Positions 9,425 to 19,019 of a stretch of DNA of 64,000 nt are shown piece after piece. This DNA is from an uncultured Gemmatimonadaceae bacterium. Lineage in GTDB: Bacteria > Gemmatimonadota > Gemmatimonadetes > Gemmatimonadales > Gemmatimonadaceae. The stretch spans positions 437,805 to 501,804 of the forward strand of contig CAYPLP010000001.1 in assembly GCA_964411635.1 (NCBI GenBank), given 5' to 3'. The notes under the pieces are model-generated. The model did not search any database. It was not told the DNA's origin and saw only the letters and a program-made list of their open reading frames with translations. The translations under genes were made by a program, and so were the position numbers. Each line of letters opens with the position of its first letter. Position 1 is the first letter of the stretch.

Positions 9425-10147
9425 CTATTCGACCTCGCGCCCGCAGGTGATGCAGTACTGCCAGTCCACTTCCAGCTCGGTGCTGCACGCGGGACATTGC
9501 TTCACGGTCAGATTCTGTCCACAGTAGGGACAGAAGTGGACCTCGCGGCCAACCGGCAGTTCACCGCCACAGTAACGGCAGCCGGGGTGGTGGGATCCAG
9601 GAACCGGGCCGGTGGTGGCGGGGACTGGCTCACACACCGCCACCGGCGACGCGCCGGTAGCCGCCGCAGTACCCAGGGCAGGTGCCTTCATCTCCTGCGT
9701 TGCCCTTCCGGCCATCTCCACCTGCAGCGAATCCAGCCGCGACGACGGATTATCGGTGGCCGCTTCGGCTGCTGACCGGAACGAACCCCCGCCTGCCAGC
9801 GCTCGAAGGGCGTCCTGCCCAAGCGAAACCTGGGAGGTGGCGAACGCGCGAAACGCCGACAGGTCCGGGTTCGACGATTCTGCTTCGACGCGGAGGGCAG
9901 CCTGCATTTCCGGGTCGCCTGCGAGGAACCCCCGGTCTCCGGCGAGCAGCCGGGTGAGAGCAAGTTCGTATTCTTCGGCGGTATCGAGTCCCAGTTCCCG
10001 ACGATGCAGCCGGTAGGGGATCAACACCTGGTGCAGCATGGATACCTCAAATGGCTGGCTCAGCAGCTCCGGGTAATTCAGCCTCACGTTGCGAACGAGG
10101 CATTGGAACATCCGGTCGAGTTGATCCACCGTCTCGGGTCCTCGCAT
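9425..10147 (-). CDS. Hypothetical protein with C-terminal double zinc-ribbon (4x CxxC)
   Basis: The C-terminus carries CRYCG...CPYCG...CPAC...CITCG. Confidence 0.55.
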   Translation of the reverse strand: MRGPETVDQLDRMFQCLVRNVRLNYPELLSQPFEVSMLHQVLIPYRLHRRELGLDTAEEYELALTRLLAGDRGFLAGDPEMQAALRVEAESSNPDLSAFRAFATSQVSLGQDALRALAGGGSFRSAAEAATDNPSSRLDSLQVEMAGRATQEMKAPALGTAAATGASPVAVCEPVPATTGPVPGSHHPGCRYCGGELPVGREVHFCPYCGQNLTVKQCPACSTELEVDWQYCITCGREVE

Positions 10148-10274
10148 GGTATTGAAGGTCCAGCGTTGCCTGACTGCCCGGGGCTGTCAGTGTCACTGGC
10201 AGCGCTCTTCCTCGAGCAGTACTCCGGACGGTCCTGACACCTATGGGAACCTGGACTCCTGTCTCCCATACCAT

Positions 10275-10898
10275 TCAAGGACTGACGGTTCGCCCGGCCG
10301 GTAACGCGGCTGATGGCCGGAAGGCCAGCTCATCCGGAAACTCCTGGACCTTGAGCGGCCGGGCGTATCCCGCCAACCACACCGGAAATCCCGACTCGAC
10401 CAATCCGCCCGAGTCACCCAGTGTCCCGGCCGCCTGTACGGCGAGGTGGTTCACGTATTCGTTCTGCGCGTGTCCGTGGTGACCACGGACCCAGTTCCAT
10501 CGCACCTGATGTCGGGCGGCTTCGCTTACCGCCTCGCGCCAGAGGTCGAGGTTTTCGATGGGACCTGACCGGCGGGTCCATCCTCGTCGGGCCCAGTCGT
10601 GGACCCAGCGTGTCATTCCGTCCACTATGTAGCGCGAGTCGGTGGTGAAGTCGATGCGAAAGCGTTGTCCCTTCCGGGAGACTGCCTTCATCGCTTCAAT
10701 CACGGACCGCAGTGCCATTCGATTGTTCGTGGTGGCGGTTTCAGATACCCACAAGTCACGTCTGACCGGCTCCTCATCGGGAAGGCGCCGGAACTCGATG
10801 AGTACCCCGGCACCTCCAGGGTTGTCGCCATCCCGGCCATTGCCGAGGCAGGATTCGTCGGCGTAGACCGCAATGAGCGGCGGGAGATTCATGTTCAC
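10275..10898 (-). CDS. rnhA: Ribonuclease HI
   Basis: RNase H motifs are present: YADESC..G.GGAGVLI, TNNRMAL, WVRGHHG, NEYVNHLA. An unusual ~55-aa C-terminal extension follows. Confidence 0.85.
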   Translation of the reverse strand: MNMNLPPLIAVYADESCLGNGRDGDNPGGAGVLIEFRRLPDEEPVRRDLWVSETATTNNRMALRSVIEAMKAVSRKGQRFRIDFTTDSRYIVDGMTRWVHDWARRGWTRRSGPIENLDLWREAVSEAARHQVRWNWVRGHHGHAQNEYVNHLAVQAAGTLGDSGGLVESGFPVWLAGYARPLKVQEFPDELAFRPSAALPAGRTVSP

Positions 10899-11113
10899 AC
10901 GAAGTACTCGATGGTATCGACGTCGTCCAGACGGAACGACAGGGGTTCGCCCGTAACGGGATGGCGGGTGTCAAGGATCTCGCGACCGGCACGCAGGGAC
11001 AGTTGCAGGGGGATGACCACAAGTTCCCGGCCCTGCCTGACGAGAATGATGCGCCGTCCGTCCCTTACGGCGCGTTCCAGGCGGTCGTAGTCGTTCGGAG
11101 TGAGCCGTGCCAC
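10895..11113 (-). CDS. Small hypothetical protein (72 aa), translationally coupled between M20 peptidase and rnhA
   Basis: Its start overlaps the upstream stop (TGATG). Its own stop directly abuts the rnhA ATG. Confidence 0.45.
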   Translation of the reverse strand: MARLTPNDYDRLERAVRDGRRIILVRQGRELVVIPLQLSLRAGREILDTRHPVTGEPLSFRLDDVDTIEYFV

Positions 11114-12267
11114 TAGGCTTCCCTGCCCCAGGAAAGGGCCAGGGAAGCGAGGACCTCGGTAGCGCGCTCGATTTCTTCCTCAGGGATCCACTCTTCGTCG
11201 GCATGCGCCAGACCCATGTCTCCGGGACCGAAGCAGACGGCCGGAATGCCCGCCGCGTTCAGTAGAGCTGCGTCCGTCCATGCTGTGACTCCTTCGATGC
11301 GGACGGGCTCTCCGTGTGCGCTCAGGGCTTTCTCGAGGCCGAGGACGATGGGGGCGTCGGTGCTGACGTCGCTGGGTGACTGGGAGAACACGTGACGCAC
11401 GCTGGCACGCACTTCCGGCGTCCGTCCTTTCACGGCAGCGCAGGCGTTCTCCATCTCACGGATGGCATCCTGGGACGATTCGCCGGGCAGGGTTCGTCGT
11501 TCCACGCGGAGAACGCACCGGTCCGGGTAGGTGGACCATCCCGACCCGCCCTCGATCGTGGCAGCGTGCAGTGAAGCGTGCCCCAGCAGAGGATGTGTAC
11601 GCCGGGGGAGATCCACGCGGTCCAGGCGATCGAGCTCCGCCAGGATCAGGCCTGCGTGGGCGATTGCGTCGATTCCGATTTCGTAGCGGCTGCCGTGTGC
11701 TGCCCTGCCGACGGTGGTGATTTCCGCCCAGGTGAAGCCTCGATGAGCTGGTCCTATGGCCAGTCGCGTTGGTTCGGTAACCACGGCGGCGTCGGCGCGC
11801 AGTCCCCGGGCGATCAGGTCGCGAGTGCCGGCGCTTTCGAATTCCTCATCAACGACCGCGGCTATGACCAGATTGCCAGACATGCCGGCCCGCGCCGCGC
11901 GCCACGCGCCGGCACACATGGCTGCCACGCCGCCCTTCATGTCGGATGCACCGCGCCCCCAGAGCTTCCCATCCCTCGAGACAGCACCGAAGGGGGAATG
12001 CGTCATTCCATGCGTACCTACGACATCCAGGTGGCCGTTGAAGAGGAGTGTGGATCCCTTTCCGCTGCCCACCTGGGCGACGACATTGGGTCTGCCCTGG
12101 AGTGCTTCCTGCAGCTCGACACGGAGACCCCATTCCTCGAGCACGCGTCCCAGGAGGTTTGCCGCACCGACCTCGCCGGGTGCTCCGGGTACCAGGGACG
12201 GATTGCGGGAGTCGACTGCCACGAGGCTGCGGGCGAGAGCCACACCATCGCCGGGGGGGACGATCAT
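11113..12267 (-). CDS. M20 family metallopeptidase / ArgE-DapE-like deacylase
   Basis: M20 motifs are present (LLFNGHLDVVGT; GRGASDMKGG; VVDEEFESAGT). The start is assigned to the internal Met MIVPPG, giving a 4-nt overlap with the upstream kinase stop. Confidence 0.8.
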   Translation of the reverse strand: MIVPPGDGVALARSLVAVDSRNPSLVPGAPGEVGAANLLGRVLEEWGLRVELQEALQGRPNVVAQVGSGKGSTLLFNGHLDVVGTHGMTHSPFGAVSRDGKLWGRGASDMKGGVAAMCAGAWRAARAGMSGNLVIAAVVDEEFESAGTRDLIARGLRADAAVVTEPTRLAIGPAHRGFTWAEITTVGRAAHGSRYEIGIDAIAHAGLILAELDRLDRVDLPRRTHPLLGHASLHAATIEGGSGWSTYPDRCVLRVERRTLPGESSQDAIREMENACAAVKGRTPEVRASVRHVFSQSPSDVSTDAPIVLGLEKALSAHGEPVRIEGVTAWTDAALLNAAGIPAVCFGPGDMGLAHADEEWIPEEEIERATEVLASLALSWGREA

Positions 12268-13238
12268 GGGTCGGAGTCGGGATCGGGAGATGGTCGGGGG
12301 ATCACGTGGAAGCCCTGCTCCGTGATCTCGATCGGCAGGAGTTCGACGAGCGGGGCTATGGCTGACCGCACCACTGCAACCCGTTCCGGCGGGGCGATGA
12401 TGAGTACGCACCCGCCACCGGACGCGCCTAACGCCTTACCCCCGGTGGCACCCGCTGCATGGGCCAGCTCGATGACCTGGTCGATCAATGGTGTCGGGAT
12501 GCCGGGATGCAGGGACCGCTGGTGGATCCAGTGTTCTCTGACCAGCGGACCAAGGGCATCGAGGTCGCGACTCTCCAGAGCCGAGATCATGCTCAAGGCG
12601 AGGTCGCGGAGCCGGTCCAGGCAGGCGACCACCCGGCGGTCGTGACCACGATAGGCGTCGAGGACGGCCGAAATGGTGCGACTCGAGATACGTGATTGTC
12701 CGGTGTAGGCCACGATGCACCGTTCGCCGAGTTCACGGGCCACCGCTGCGCTTGCCAGGTGCCGTGCCCGCTGGTTGCTGTCGAACCAGAGGCCCAGCAC
12801 ACCGCCGAATGCCGCGGCGTAGTGGTCCTGGCGTCCGCCAGCGATGCCCAGGCGCTCGACTTCCAGTTTCCGGCTTTCTTCGGCGAGTTCGGCGGGTGAT
12901 GGTGCCTTGTTCTGCCAGGCAGCCAGGGCGCCGAGCGCGGCCACTCCGGCAGCGGATGATCCACCGAGGCCCGCACCGACAGGGAAGTCCGCGGTAATGG
13001 AGAGCTGGATCCCGGTGAGGCCGCACTGCTCCAGCGCGGCATGCGCCAGACGCTGGTCCGGCGCGGAAGTGTCGGCCAGGTCGTGGTTGTTCTGTCCGCG
13101 GGTCAGCGAAGCGGTCGCGAACAGGTCAATCGCAGCGCAGCAGACGACCCCGCCGCGTTCGTTGCTGTAGGGTGGCACATCTGTCCAGCCTCCGCCAAAG
13201 TCGATGCGGGCCGGAGCCCGCGCGACGATAGATTCCAT
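12264..13238 (-). CDS. GHMP-family sugar kinase (heptose-7-phosphate kinase / fucokinase-like)
   Basis: The GHMP N-terminal motif PARIDFGGGWTDVPPY and the ATP-binding motif PVGAGLGGSSA are present. The start is trimmed to MESIV. Confidence 0.75.
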   Translation of the reverse strand: MESIVARAPARIDFGGGWTDVPPYSNERGGVVCCAAIDLFATASLTRGQNNHDLADTSAPDQRLAHAALEQCGLTGIQLSITADFPVGAGLGGSSAAGVAALGALAAWQNKAPSPAELAEESRKLEVERLGIAGGRQDHYAAAFGGVLGLWFDSNQRARHLASAAVARELGERCIVAYTGQSRISSRTISAVLDAYRGHDRRVVACLDRLRDLALSMISALESRDLDALGPLVREHWIHQRSLHPGIPTPLIDQVIELAHAAGATGGKALGASGGGCVLIIAPPERVAVVRSAIAPLVELLPIEITEQGFHVIPRPSPDPDSDP

Positions 13239-13281
13239 GCGCGTACCATGAGGTGCGCCGCCAGAAAGTAAATCAGGGCCG

Positions 13282-13776
13282 CTACTTCTTGGGTGCGACC
13301 TTCTTCGCGGGTTTTCTTCCGGTGGGTTTCCGGGATGCAGTCTTTCGGGCAGCGGGAGCCTTTGTCTTGGCCGCTGGTTTCGATCGGGTGCCGGGAGCAT
13401 GGGCTGCTGACTTCCGGGCAGGTTCCGACTTCGGGGAAGTCTTGGGCCGCCGGGAGTTGGCCTCTTCGGCCTCCCGGATGAGTTTGTCAGCTTCGTCCTG
13501 CGTCATCTGGCCACGACGGACCATGTACTGGACCAGGTCCCGGGCGCTTTCTATCGCGAATGCGGTAATTCCTGCCGCTGCTCCGATGACGTCCCTAAGA
13601 GCGCCGGACATCTTGCTGCCGGCTTCGAGGCTGATCTCCTGGGCGCGGGCGGCCAGTTCGGCAACGGTGTCGCGAACGTCCTGGCCGCGGTGCCCCGGAC
13701 TTCTTCTTGGGGGTACGGGTGCGGTCGACCCCTCGTCGGTTGTTTCCGGATTTGACTCGTTGTCCTGGTCGGTCAT
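13282..13776 (-). CDS. Phasin-like / nucleoid-associated protein with Lys/Ala/Pro-rich histone H1-like C-terminal tail
   Basis: The start is the internal Met MTDQDNESN. The helical core (DLVQYMVRRGQMTQDEADKLIRE) is followed by an AKKP-rich tail (KPAAKTKAPAARKTASRKPTGRKPAKKVAPKK). Confidence 0.55.
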   Translation of the reverse strand: MTDQDNESNPETTDEGSTAPVPPRRSPGHRGQDVRDTVAELAARAQEISLEAGSKMSGALRDVIGAAAGITAFAIESARDLVQYMVRRGQMTQDEADKLIREAEEANSRRPKTSPKSEPARKSAAHAPGTRSKPAAKTKAPAARKTASRKPTGRKPAKKVAPKK

Positions 13777-13996
13777 GTTGACCTGCGTAATGGCCGCTTG
13801 CCCGATGCAGCCCGCTCCAGCTACCGGTGGAGTGGTTCCCGGGAGCGGCTGCGAGTGACGTGTTGTAATAGCGGGGCAAGTATATGGTAATCTGAAGGAT
13901 ACGCAAGCGGTGGCAGCGGCTGGGCTGGTTTCGGCCAGAGAGTACGTCAACAAAGCGCTCTGTTTATCATATATACGCCACTATAACTACATCAAC

Positions 13997-15115
13997 ATGA
14001 CATTACCGCTATCTGGCGTACGTGTTCTGGACTTGTCGAGGGTGCTGGCCGGGCCCCTCACCGGCATGACCCTCGGTGATCTTGGGGCCGACGTCATCAA
14101 AGTCGAACGGCCAGGCAGGGGTGACGAGTCACGCGGATGGGGTCCGCCCTTCGATCAGAGAGGCGAAAGTGCCTACTATCTGTGCTGCAACCGCAACAAA
14201 CTGTCGATAGCACTCAACTACTCGTCACCACCGGACCGAGCCGTTCTGCTCGACCTGATAGCAAAGGCCGACGTCGTGCTGGAGAACTTCCGGCCGGGCT
14301 CGCTGGAAACGATGGGCATCGTCGGCCGGGATCTCCTGGAACAGCATCCCCGTCTCATTTGGTGCCACATCGCCGGTTTTGCCGGCCAGCCGAACCGCCC
14401 GGGTTACGATTTCGTGGTTCAGGCGGAGTGCGGCTGGATGTCGATAACCGGTGACCCGGACGGTGAACCCATGAAGACCGGAGTCGCACTTGCCGACGTG
14501 GTGACCGGGAAGGATGCCGCTATCGCCATCCTGGCAGCGTTGGCAGCCCGGAATGGATCCCCCGAAAGGACGCCTGCGGAGGATCGCTGGCTGGAGGTTT
14601 CCCTGGACCAATCGGCCACGAGTGCTCTCTTGAACGTGGCCCAGAACAGTCTGGTCAGCGGCCGGGCGTCGCGGCGGTGGGGGAATGCACACGCCAACCT
14701 GGTTCCGTACCAGCTCTTCCGGGCGTCGGACAGATCGATGGTCATCGCTGTCGGGAATGATGGACAGTGGCTGGCAGCGTGCCATGTCCTGGGGCTCGAC
14801 GAACTTGCCCGCGACCAGGACCTCGGGACGAATGCCGGCCGCCTGGCGCAGCGAGACCGGGTGGTCAGTGGAATCGCGGCTCGGCTGTCTGAGAAGACGG
14901 CGGATCATTGGTTAGGCGCGCTGACGGCGGCAGGTGTGCCCGCCGGCGTCGTGAGAACCGTGGAGGAGGCTCTGGAGGATGTGGTTGCCGATCCGGCCAC
15001 GGGAATTGCGCCATCGACGGGCGGAACTGTCCGCCGTACCCCGCCCCAGCTTGATGAGCATGGTGGGCGCATCCGTGAGATGGGCTGGAAAGCCTTCGCG
15101 AGTATCGACAGGTGA
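13997..15115 (+). CDS. CoA-transferase family III (CaiB/BaiF-like)
   Basis: Family III CoA-transferase motifs are present (GVRVLDLSRVLAGP...GADVIKVERP; active-site Asp region VALADVVTG). Confidence 0.85.
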   Translation: MTLPLSGVRVLDLSRVLAGPLTGMTLGDLGADVIKVERPGRGDESRGWGPPFDQRGESAYYLCCNRNKLSIALNYSSPPDRAVLLDLIAKADVVLENFRPGSLETMGIVGRDLLEQHPRLIWCHIAGFAGQPNRPGYDFVVQAECGWMSITGDPDGEPMKTGVALADVVTGKDAAIAILAALAARNGSPERTPAEDRWLEVSLDQSATSALLNVAQNSLVSGRASRRWGNAHANLVPYQLFRASDRSMVIAVGNDGQWLAACHVLGLDELARDQDLGTNAGRLAQRDRVVSGIAARLSEKTADHWLGALTAAGVPAGVVRTVEEALEDVVADPATGIAPSTGGTVRRTPPQLDEHGGRIREMGWKAFASIDR

Positions 15116-15169
15116 ACCTCGATTCTGAAGCCCTGTGTTACGTGACCCTGGAGAAATCGTCTGAACGGT

Positions 15170-15811
15170 GTGACAGTGCTTGCCATCGAGAGACCCCGAA
15201 GGGCGGGACTATCCAGAGGCGGAGAAAGCGGTTATGCTCTCACCGTGAAACAGACGGTGCCCGCCGATCAGATAGATCAGGTTGATGCGGATCAGGCAAT
15301 CATCGCGCGCGTCCTGGCGGGCGAGCGCGACGCTTTTTCCATCCTGATCCACCGTTACTCCGATCCCCTCTTCCGGCACGCGCTCGGGATGACGGGAAGC
15401 CCCGATGTCGCGGAAGACATCCTGCAAACGTCCTTCATCAAGGCCTATTCCCACCTGGCCGAAGTAAGGGGACGGTTCGACGCCTGGGTCTTTCGTATCG
15501 TGGCCAATGGGTGCAAGGACTGGCTGAAGAACATCCGGCGGACGCATCTGAGCTACGACGAGGATGATCAGCCCTCCGGGTTCGCCAATCCCGAGGAAAA
15601 CCTGGATTTGAGCGAGCTGCGTTCCGACCTGGACCGCGCCTTGCTGACTCTCCCCGATTCATTGAGGGAGGCCTTCATCATGAAACACGTCGAAGGCCGC
15701 TCGTACGAGGAGATGGCGGAATTGCTGAGCACAACCGTCGGGGCACTCAAAATGCGTGTGCATCGCGCGAGAGAGGCGCTCCAGGCTCTATTAGAGGAGA
15801 AATACGCGTGA
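15170..15811 (+). CDS. ECF-type RNA polymerase sigma-70 factor
   Basis: Sigma-70 region 2 (FIKAYSHLAEVRGRFDAWVFRIVANGCKDWLK) and region 4 (LREAFIMKHVEGRSYEEMAELL) are present. The exact start is uncertain. Confidence 0.8.
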   Translation: MTVLAIERPRRAGLSRGGESGYALTVKQTVPADQIDQVDADQAIIARVLAGERDAFSILIHRYSDPLFRHALGMTGSPDVAEDILQTSFIKAYSHLAEVRGRFDAWVFRIVANGCKDWLKNIRRTHLSYDEDDQPSGFANPEENLDLSELRSDLDRALLTLPDSLREAFIMKHVEGRSYEEMAELLSTTVGALKMRVHRAREALQALLEEKYA

Positions 15812-16233
15812 TGCTGGATGACCTGTTCGAACCCGAGCGCCGTGGTGACGGCGCGCGCGAAGGAACCCCCCCCGAACGTGCGGTTCCCCTTTCCGATCGG
15901 GAGGTGCCCCTCCCACCGGTTGCCACGTTCGACCAGGTGCATCGTTGGCTGGACGGTGAAATTCCCGAGCCAGTCGGTGCGCGCGGGGAGACTGCCCGAT
16001 CCGTGGAGTTCTGGCGTCGCATCGACGAGGAAACAGAGCGTCGTAGGCGCGTCGTGACGCCGCCCTATGTAGCTCAGCGGATCATGTCGGCGCTGCCTGA
16101 CGCTTCCTCCAATACCATGGTCGTGCCGTGGTGGAAGAAGGACGTACACCTCTCGCCGGGTTTCGCGATTCTTCTGGCGGTTGGCGCATTCTCTCTGGGG
16201 GTCCTCGCCATGCGCCTCATCGCCGCCTCCTGA
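15808..16233 (+). CDS. Putative membrane-anchored anti-sigma factor
   Basis: Its start overlaps the sigma factor stop (GTGATG). It has a single C-terminal TM helix. This arrangement is typical of ECF sigma partners. Confidence 0.55.
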   Translation: MMLDDLFEPERRGDGAREGTPPERAVPLSDREVPLPPVATFDQVHRWLDGEIPEPVGARGETARSVEFWRRIDEETERRRRVVTPPYVAQRIMSALPDASSNTMVVPWWKKDVHLSPGFAILLAVGAFSLGVLAMRLIAAS

Positions 16234-16257
16234 CCGGAAACCTGTCCCGGATACCGT

Positions 16258-16295
16258 GACGCCGCCCCCATTCGGGGCGGCGTCCGTTTTTTTCT
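16258..16295 (+). terminator. Rho-independent terminator (gacgccgcccc-att-cggggcggcgtc + T7)
   Basis: A perfect 11-bp GC stem is followed by TTTTTTT. It sits between the convergent anti-sigma gene and serA. Confidence 0.8.
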
Positions 16296-16338
16296 TCGGT
16301 GCGACCTCCTGGGTCGGAGGTCCCGGCCCGGGAAGCTC

Positions 16339-17934
16339 TCAGAGCTGCACGAGCTGGACCTGCAGCACGTCCGTGGCACTCCTCAGTCTCTCGAGCACTG
16401 CGTCGTCGGCCGGCCGGTCTATGCGAACCAGGGCAAGCACCTCGCTGCCACCATCACGTCGGGCCTGTTGATACTCGTCCACGAAGTGGCCCGCGGCCGC
16501 CAGCGTCGTCCCAATGGACCCCAGAACCTGCGGAACGTCGCGGTTGCGGACCACCAGAACGGGACCGCTGGGTGTCAGGCTCACGTTGAACTCGTCCACG
16601 CGTACGATCCGTTCGTGTCCCTCACCCAGCATCGCGCCAACGATGCGGGCAACGCCGTGGTCGCTCGTCACGCGGACTTCGACGACCTCGTTCCAGGGGG
16701 CGGCACTGTCAAGCTGCATCTGATCGACACGAATGGATCGTGACTGGGCCAGACGCGTGGCGTTCACGACATTCACGCTGCCGCCGGACACCTGAGTGAG
16801 CGCACCGGCCACCGCCGCCGCGGTAATCACCCGCAGACCCGCCGGGTGGGTTCCGGCATAGCGGATCTCGATGCCCTTGAGCGGCGCACCGGCGATGGCC
16901 GCACCCAGCGTTCCCAGACGCTGCGCCAGGTGGAGAATGGGACGGACCCGCTGCACGTCGACCCCACCAAGGCTGGGTGCATTGACGGCCCGGGACAGGT
17001 CGCCATCGACGAGTGCAGCGCGAACCGCCTCGGCGATCTCGATGGCCACACTGTGCTGCGCCTCCGAAGTGGAAGCCCCCAGGTGCGGGGTCAGCACCAC
17101 GTTGGGAAGGGAACGGAAGGGGTGGTCGGCAGGGAGTGGTTCCGTCTCGAACACATCGAGAGCCGCTCCCGCCACCTGTCCCGACTTCAGCGCAGCCAGC
17201 AGCGCGGCTTCGTCCACGACTCCCCCGCGTGCAACGTTCAACACCAGGACCCCGCGTTTCATGCGGGCCAGTTGCGCTTCGCCCACGAGATTGCGGGTCG
17301 CCGCGGTCAGGGGAACATGGACCGACAATACGTCGGCGCGCTCCAGCACTTCGTCCATCGTGGCAATCTCGACGTCGAGGGCACGGGCGCGATCCGCATT
17401 GAGAAACGGATCCGACACCATGACGCGCATTCCGAATCCCCGCGCGCGCCGGGCTACCTCACCGCCAATCCGACCGGCTCCAATGAGGCCCAGCGTCTTT
17501 CCATGCAGTTCCGTTCCAGTGAAACTCTTCTTGTCCCACTCGCCCGCCTTCATGCTCCGGTCAGCGCCGGGAACCTTCCGTGCCAGCGCCAGGAGCAGCG
17601 CCATCGTGAGTTCCGCTGCCGAAATGGTATTGCCTTCGGGAGCCGTGAGAACCGGAATGCCCCGCTCCGTAGCGGCGTCCACATCTATTGTATCGACACC
17701 CACACCGGCGCGACCAATGGCCTTCAGCCGATCCGCCCGCGCCAGGGATTCGCGTGTGATCCGGGTGGCGCTTCGTACCAGGACAGCGTCTGCTTCGGAA
17801 ATGGCGCTGGCCAGCTCTTCACCCTTCAAGCCAGGCTTGTTCACCAGCTCGAACCGGGGATCGTCACGCAGCGGTGCGAGACCGTCGGGCGAAATTGCAT
17901 CCGCCACGAGAACGCGGAACCGGGGCGTCGTCAT
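16339..17934 (-). CDS. serA: D-3-phosphoglycerate dehydrogenase with C-terminal ACT domain
   Basis: The NAD-binding motif GLIGAGRIG, the catalytic region (HLGASTSEAQ), a long ASB domain and a C-terminal ACT domain are present. The length is 531 aa. Confidence 0.9.
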   Translation of the reverse strand: MTTPRFRVLVADAISPDGLAPLRDDPRFELVNKPGLKGEELASAISEADAVLVRSATRITRESLARADRLKAIGRAGVGVDTIDVDAATERGIPVLTAPEGNTISAAELTMALLLALARKVPGADRSMKAGEWDKKSFTGTELHGKTLGLIGAGRIGGEVARRARGFGMRVMVSDPFLNADRARALDVEIATMDEVLERADVLSVHVPLTAATRNLVGEAQLARMKRGVLVLNVARGGVVDEAALLAALKSGQVAGAALDVFETEPLPADHPFRSLPNVVLTPHLGASTSEAQHSVAIEIAEAVRAALVDGDLSRAVNAPSLGGVDVQRVRPILHLAQRLGTLGAAIAGAPLKGIEIRYAGTHPAGLRVITAAAVAGALTQVSGGSVNVVNATRLAQSRSIRVDQMQLDSAAPWNEVVEVRVTSDHGVARIVGAMLGEGHERIVRVDEFNVSLTPSGPVLVVRNRDVPQVLGSIGTTLAAAGHFVDEYQQARRDGGSEVLALVRIDRPADDAVLERLRSATDVLQVQLVQL

Positions 17935-19019
17935 GCGGCCAGGACTCCATCGAGCGCATCCAGAAGCACGTCGAGTTCTTCGACGGTATGCTCACCCATA
18001 TGCCCAATTCGGATCATCTGGTCCTTGAGGTCACCGTATCCGGAAGTGATTACGAAACCCAGCGCCTTCATCGCTGACACGATCTCCGGTCCTGTCCGCC
18101 CCGGCGGTGCCGTGATGCAGGTAACGGCGGGTGAACGGAACCCTTCGGGTGCGAATACGCGGATATCCCGTCCTCTGCTGCGCTGGGAATCCACCCAGGC
18201 GTAGGTTCGTGCGGCCATGGCGGCATGGCGTGCCCAGCGAGCCTCCATTCCCTCAGCCAGGATCCTGTCGAGCTGTGCGTCCAGGGCGTAGAGCAGCGAG
18301 ACGGCCGGCGTATTGGGTGACTGGTGCTTCTTCCAGGACTTGTGAATCTCGCTGAGGTCGAAGTAGAGTCCGCGCATCCTGCTGCTGGCGGCGCGCTCCA
18401 GGACGCGGTCGTTCGCGGTGGCGAACGCCAGGCCGGGTGGCAGCGCCATCGCCTTCTGGGACCCGGTAAGCACAAAGTCCAGGTTCCAGGAGCCGCACTC
18501 GATGGGGGCTGCGGCCATGCTCGATACCGTGTCGATCACCACCACGATGTCACCCGCCGCGTGAGCCGCGGCCGTCAGATCGCGAATGGGGTTGAGAACC
18601 CCGGTCGAGGTTTCAGAGTGAACCATCGTGACGGTGTCGTAGTCGCCGCGAGCCAGTGCCTCGGTGAGCATGGCAGGCGCATGGGCCTCACCGTACGGTA
18701 CTTCGAGGGTGTCGCAGGCGATTCCGGAGTTCAATGCTGCCTTGTGGAAGCGCTTGCTGAAGGCGCCGTTCACCAGACACAGTAGCTTCCGTTTCGTCGC
18801 GTTGCGGACTCCCGCATCCATCAGCCCGGTCGCCGACGAGGTCACGGTGAACACCGGATTGCCGGTTCGGAACAGCTTTCCCAGCCGCTCGTCGATCCTG
18901 GCCTGGATCGAGTCCATCTCCGAGCTGCGGTGACTTATCATCGGGCGCACCATCGTCGCCAGGATATCCGGCTTTACCTCGGTGGGGCCAGGCAGGAAGA
19001 ACTTTCCGAAGGAGGTCAT
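17931..19019 (-). CDS. Class V aminotransferase (phosphoserine / serine-pyruvate aminotransferase family)
   Basis: A class-V fold is indicated, with a PLP-lysine region (LTGSQKAMALPPG). The stop overlaps the serA start (ATGA). The start is the internal Met MTSFGKFF. Confidence 0.8.
   Translation of the reverse strand: MTSFGKFFLPGPTEVKPDILATMVRPMISHRSSEMDSIQARIDERLGKLFRTGNPVFTVTSSATGLMDAGVRNATKRKLLCLVNGAFSKRFHKAALNSGIACDTLEVPYGEAHAPAMLTEALARGDYDTVTMVHSETSTGVLNPIRDLTAAAHAAGDIVVVIDTVSSMAAAPIECGSWNLDFVLTGSQKAMALPPGLAFATANDRVLERAASSRMRGLYFDLSEIHKSWKKHQSPNTPAVSLLYALDAQLDRILAEGMEARWARHAAMAARTYAWVDSQRSRGRDIRVFAPEGFRSPAVTCITAPPGRTGPEIVSAMKALGFVITSGYGDLKDQMIRIGHMGEHTVEELDVLLDALDGVLAA

Noticed and set aside
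16846-18204. Long + strand ORFs (452 aa and 385 aa) antisense to serA/serC
   Set aside because: They are entirely antisense to strongly conserved genes. Their composition is Arg/Ala/Pro-dominated and typical of high-GC shadow ORFs. No motifs were found.
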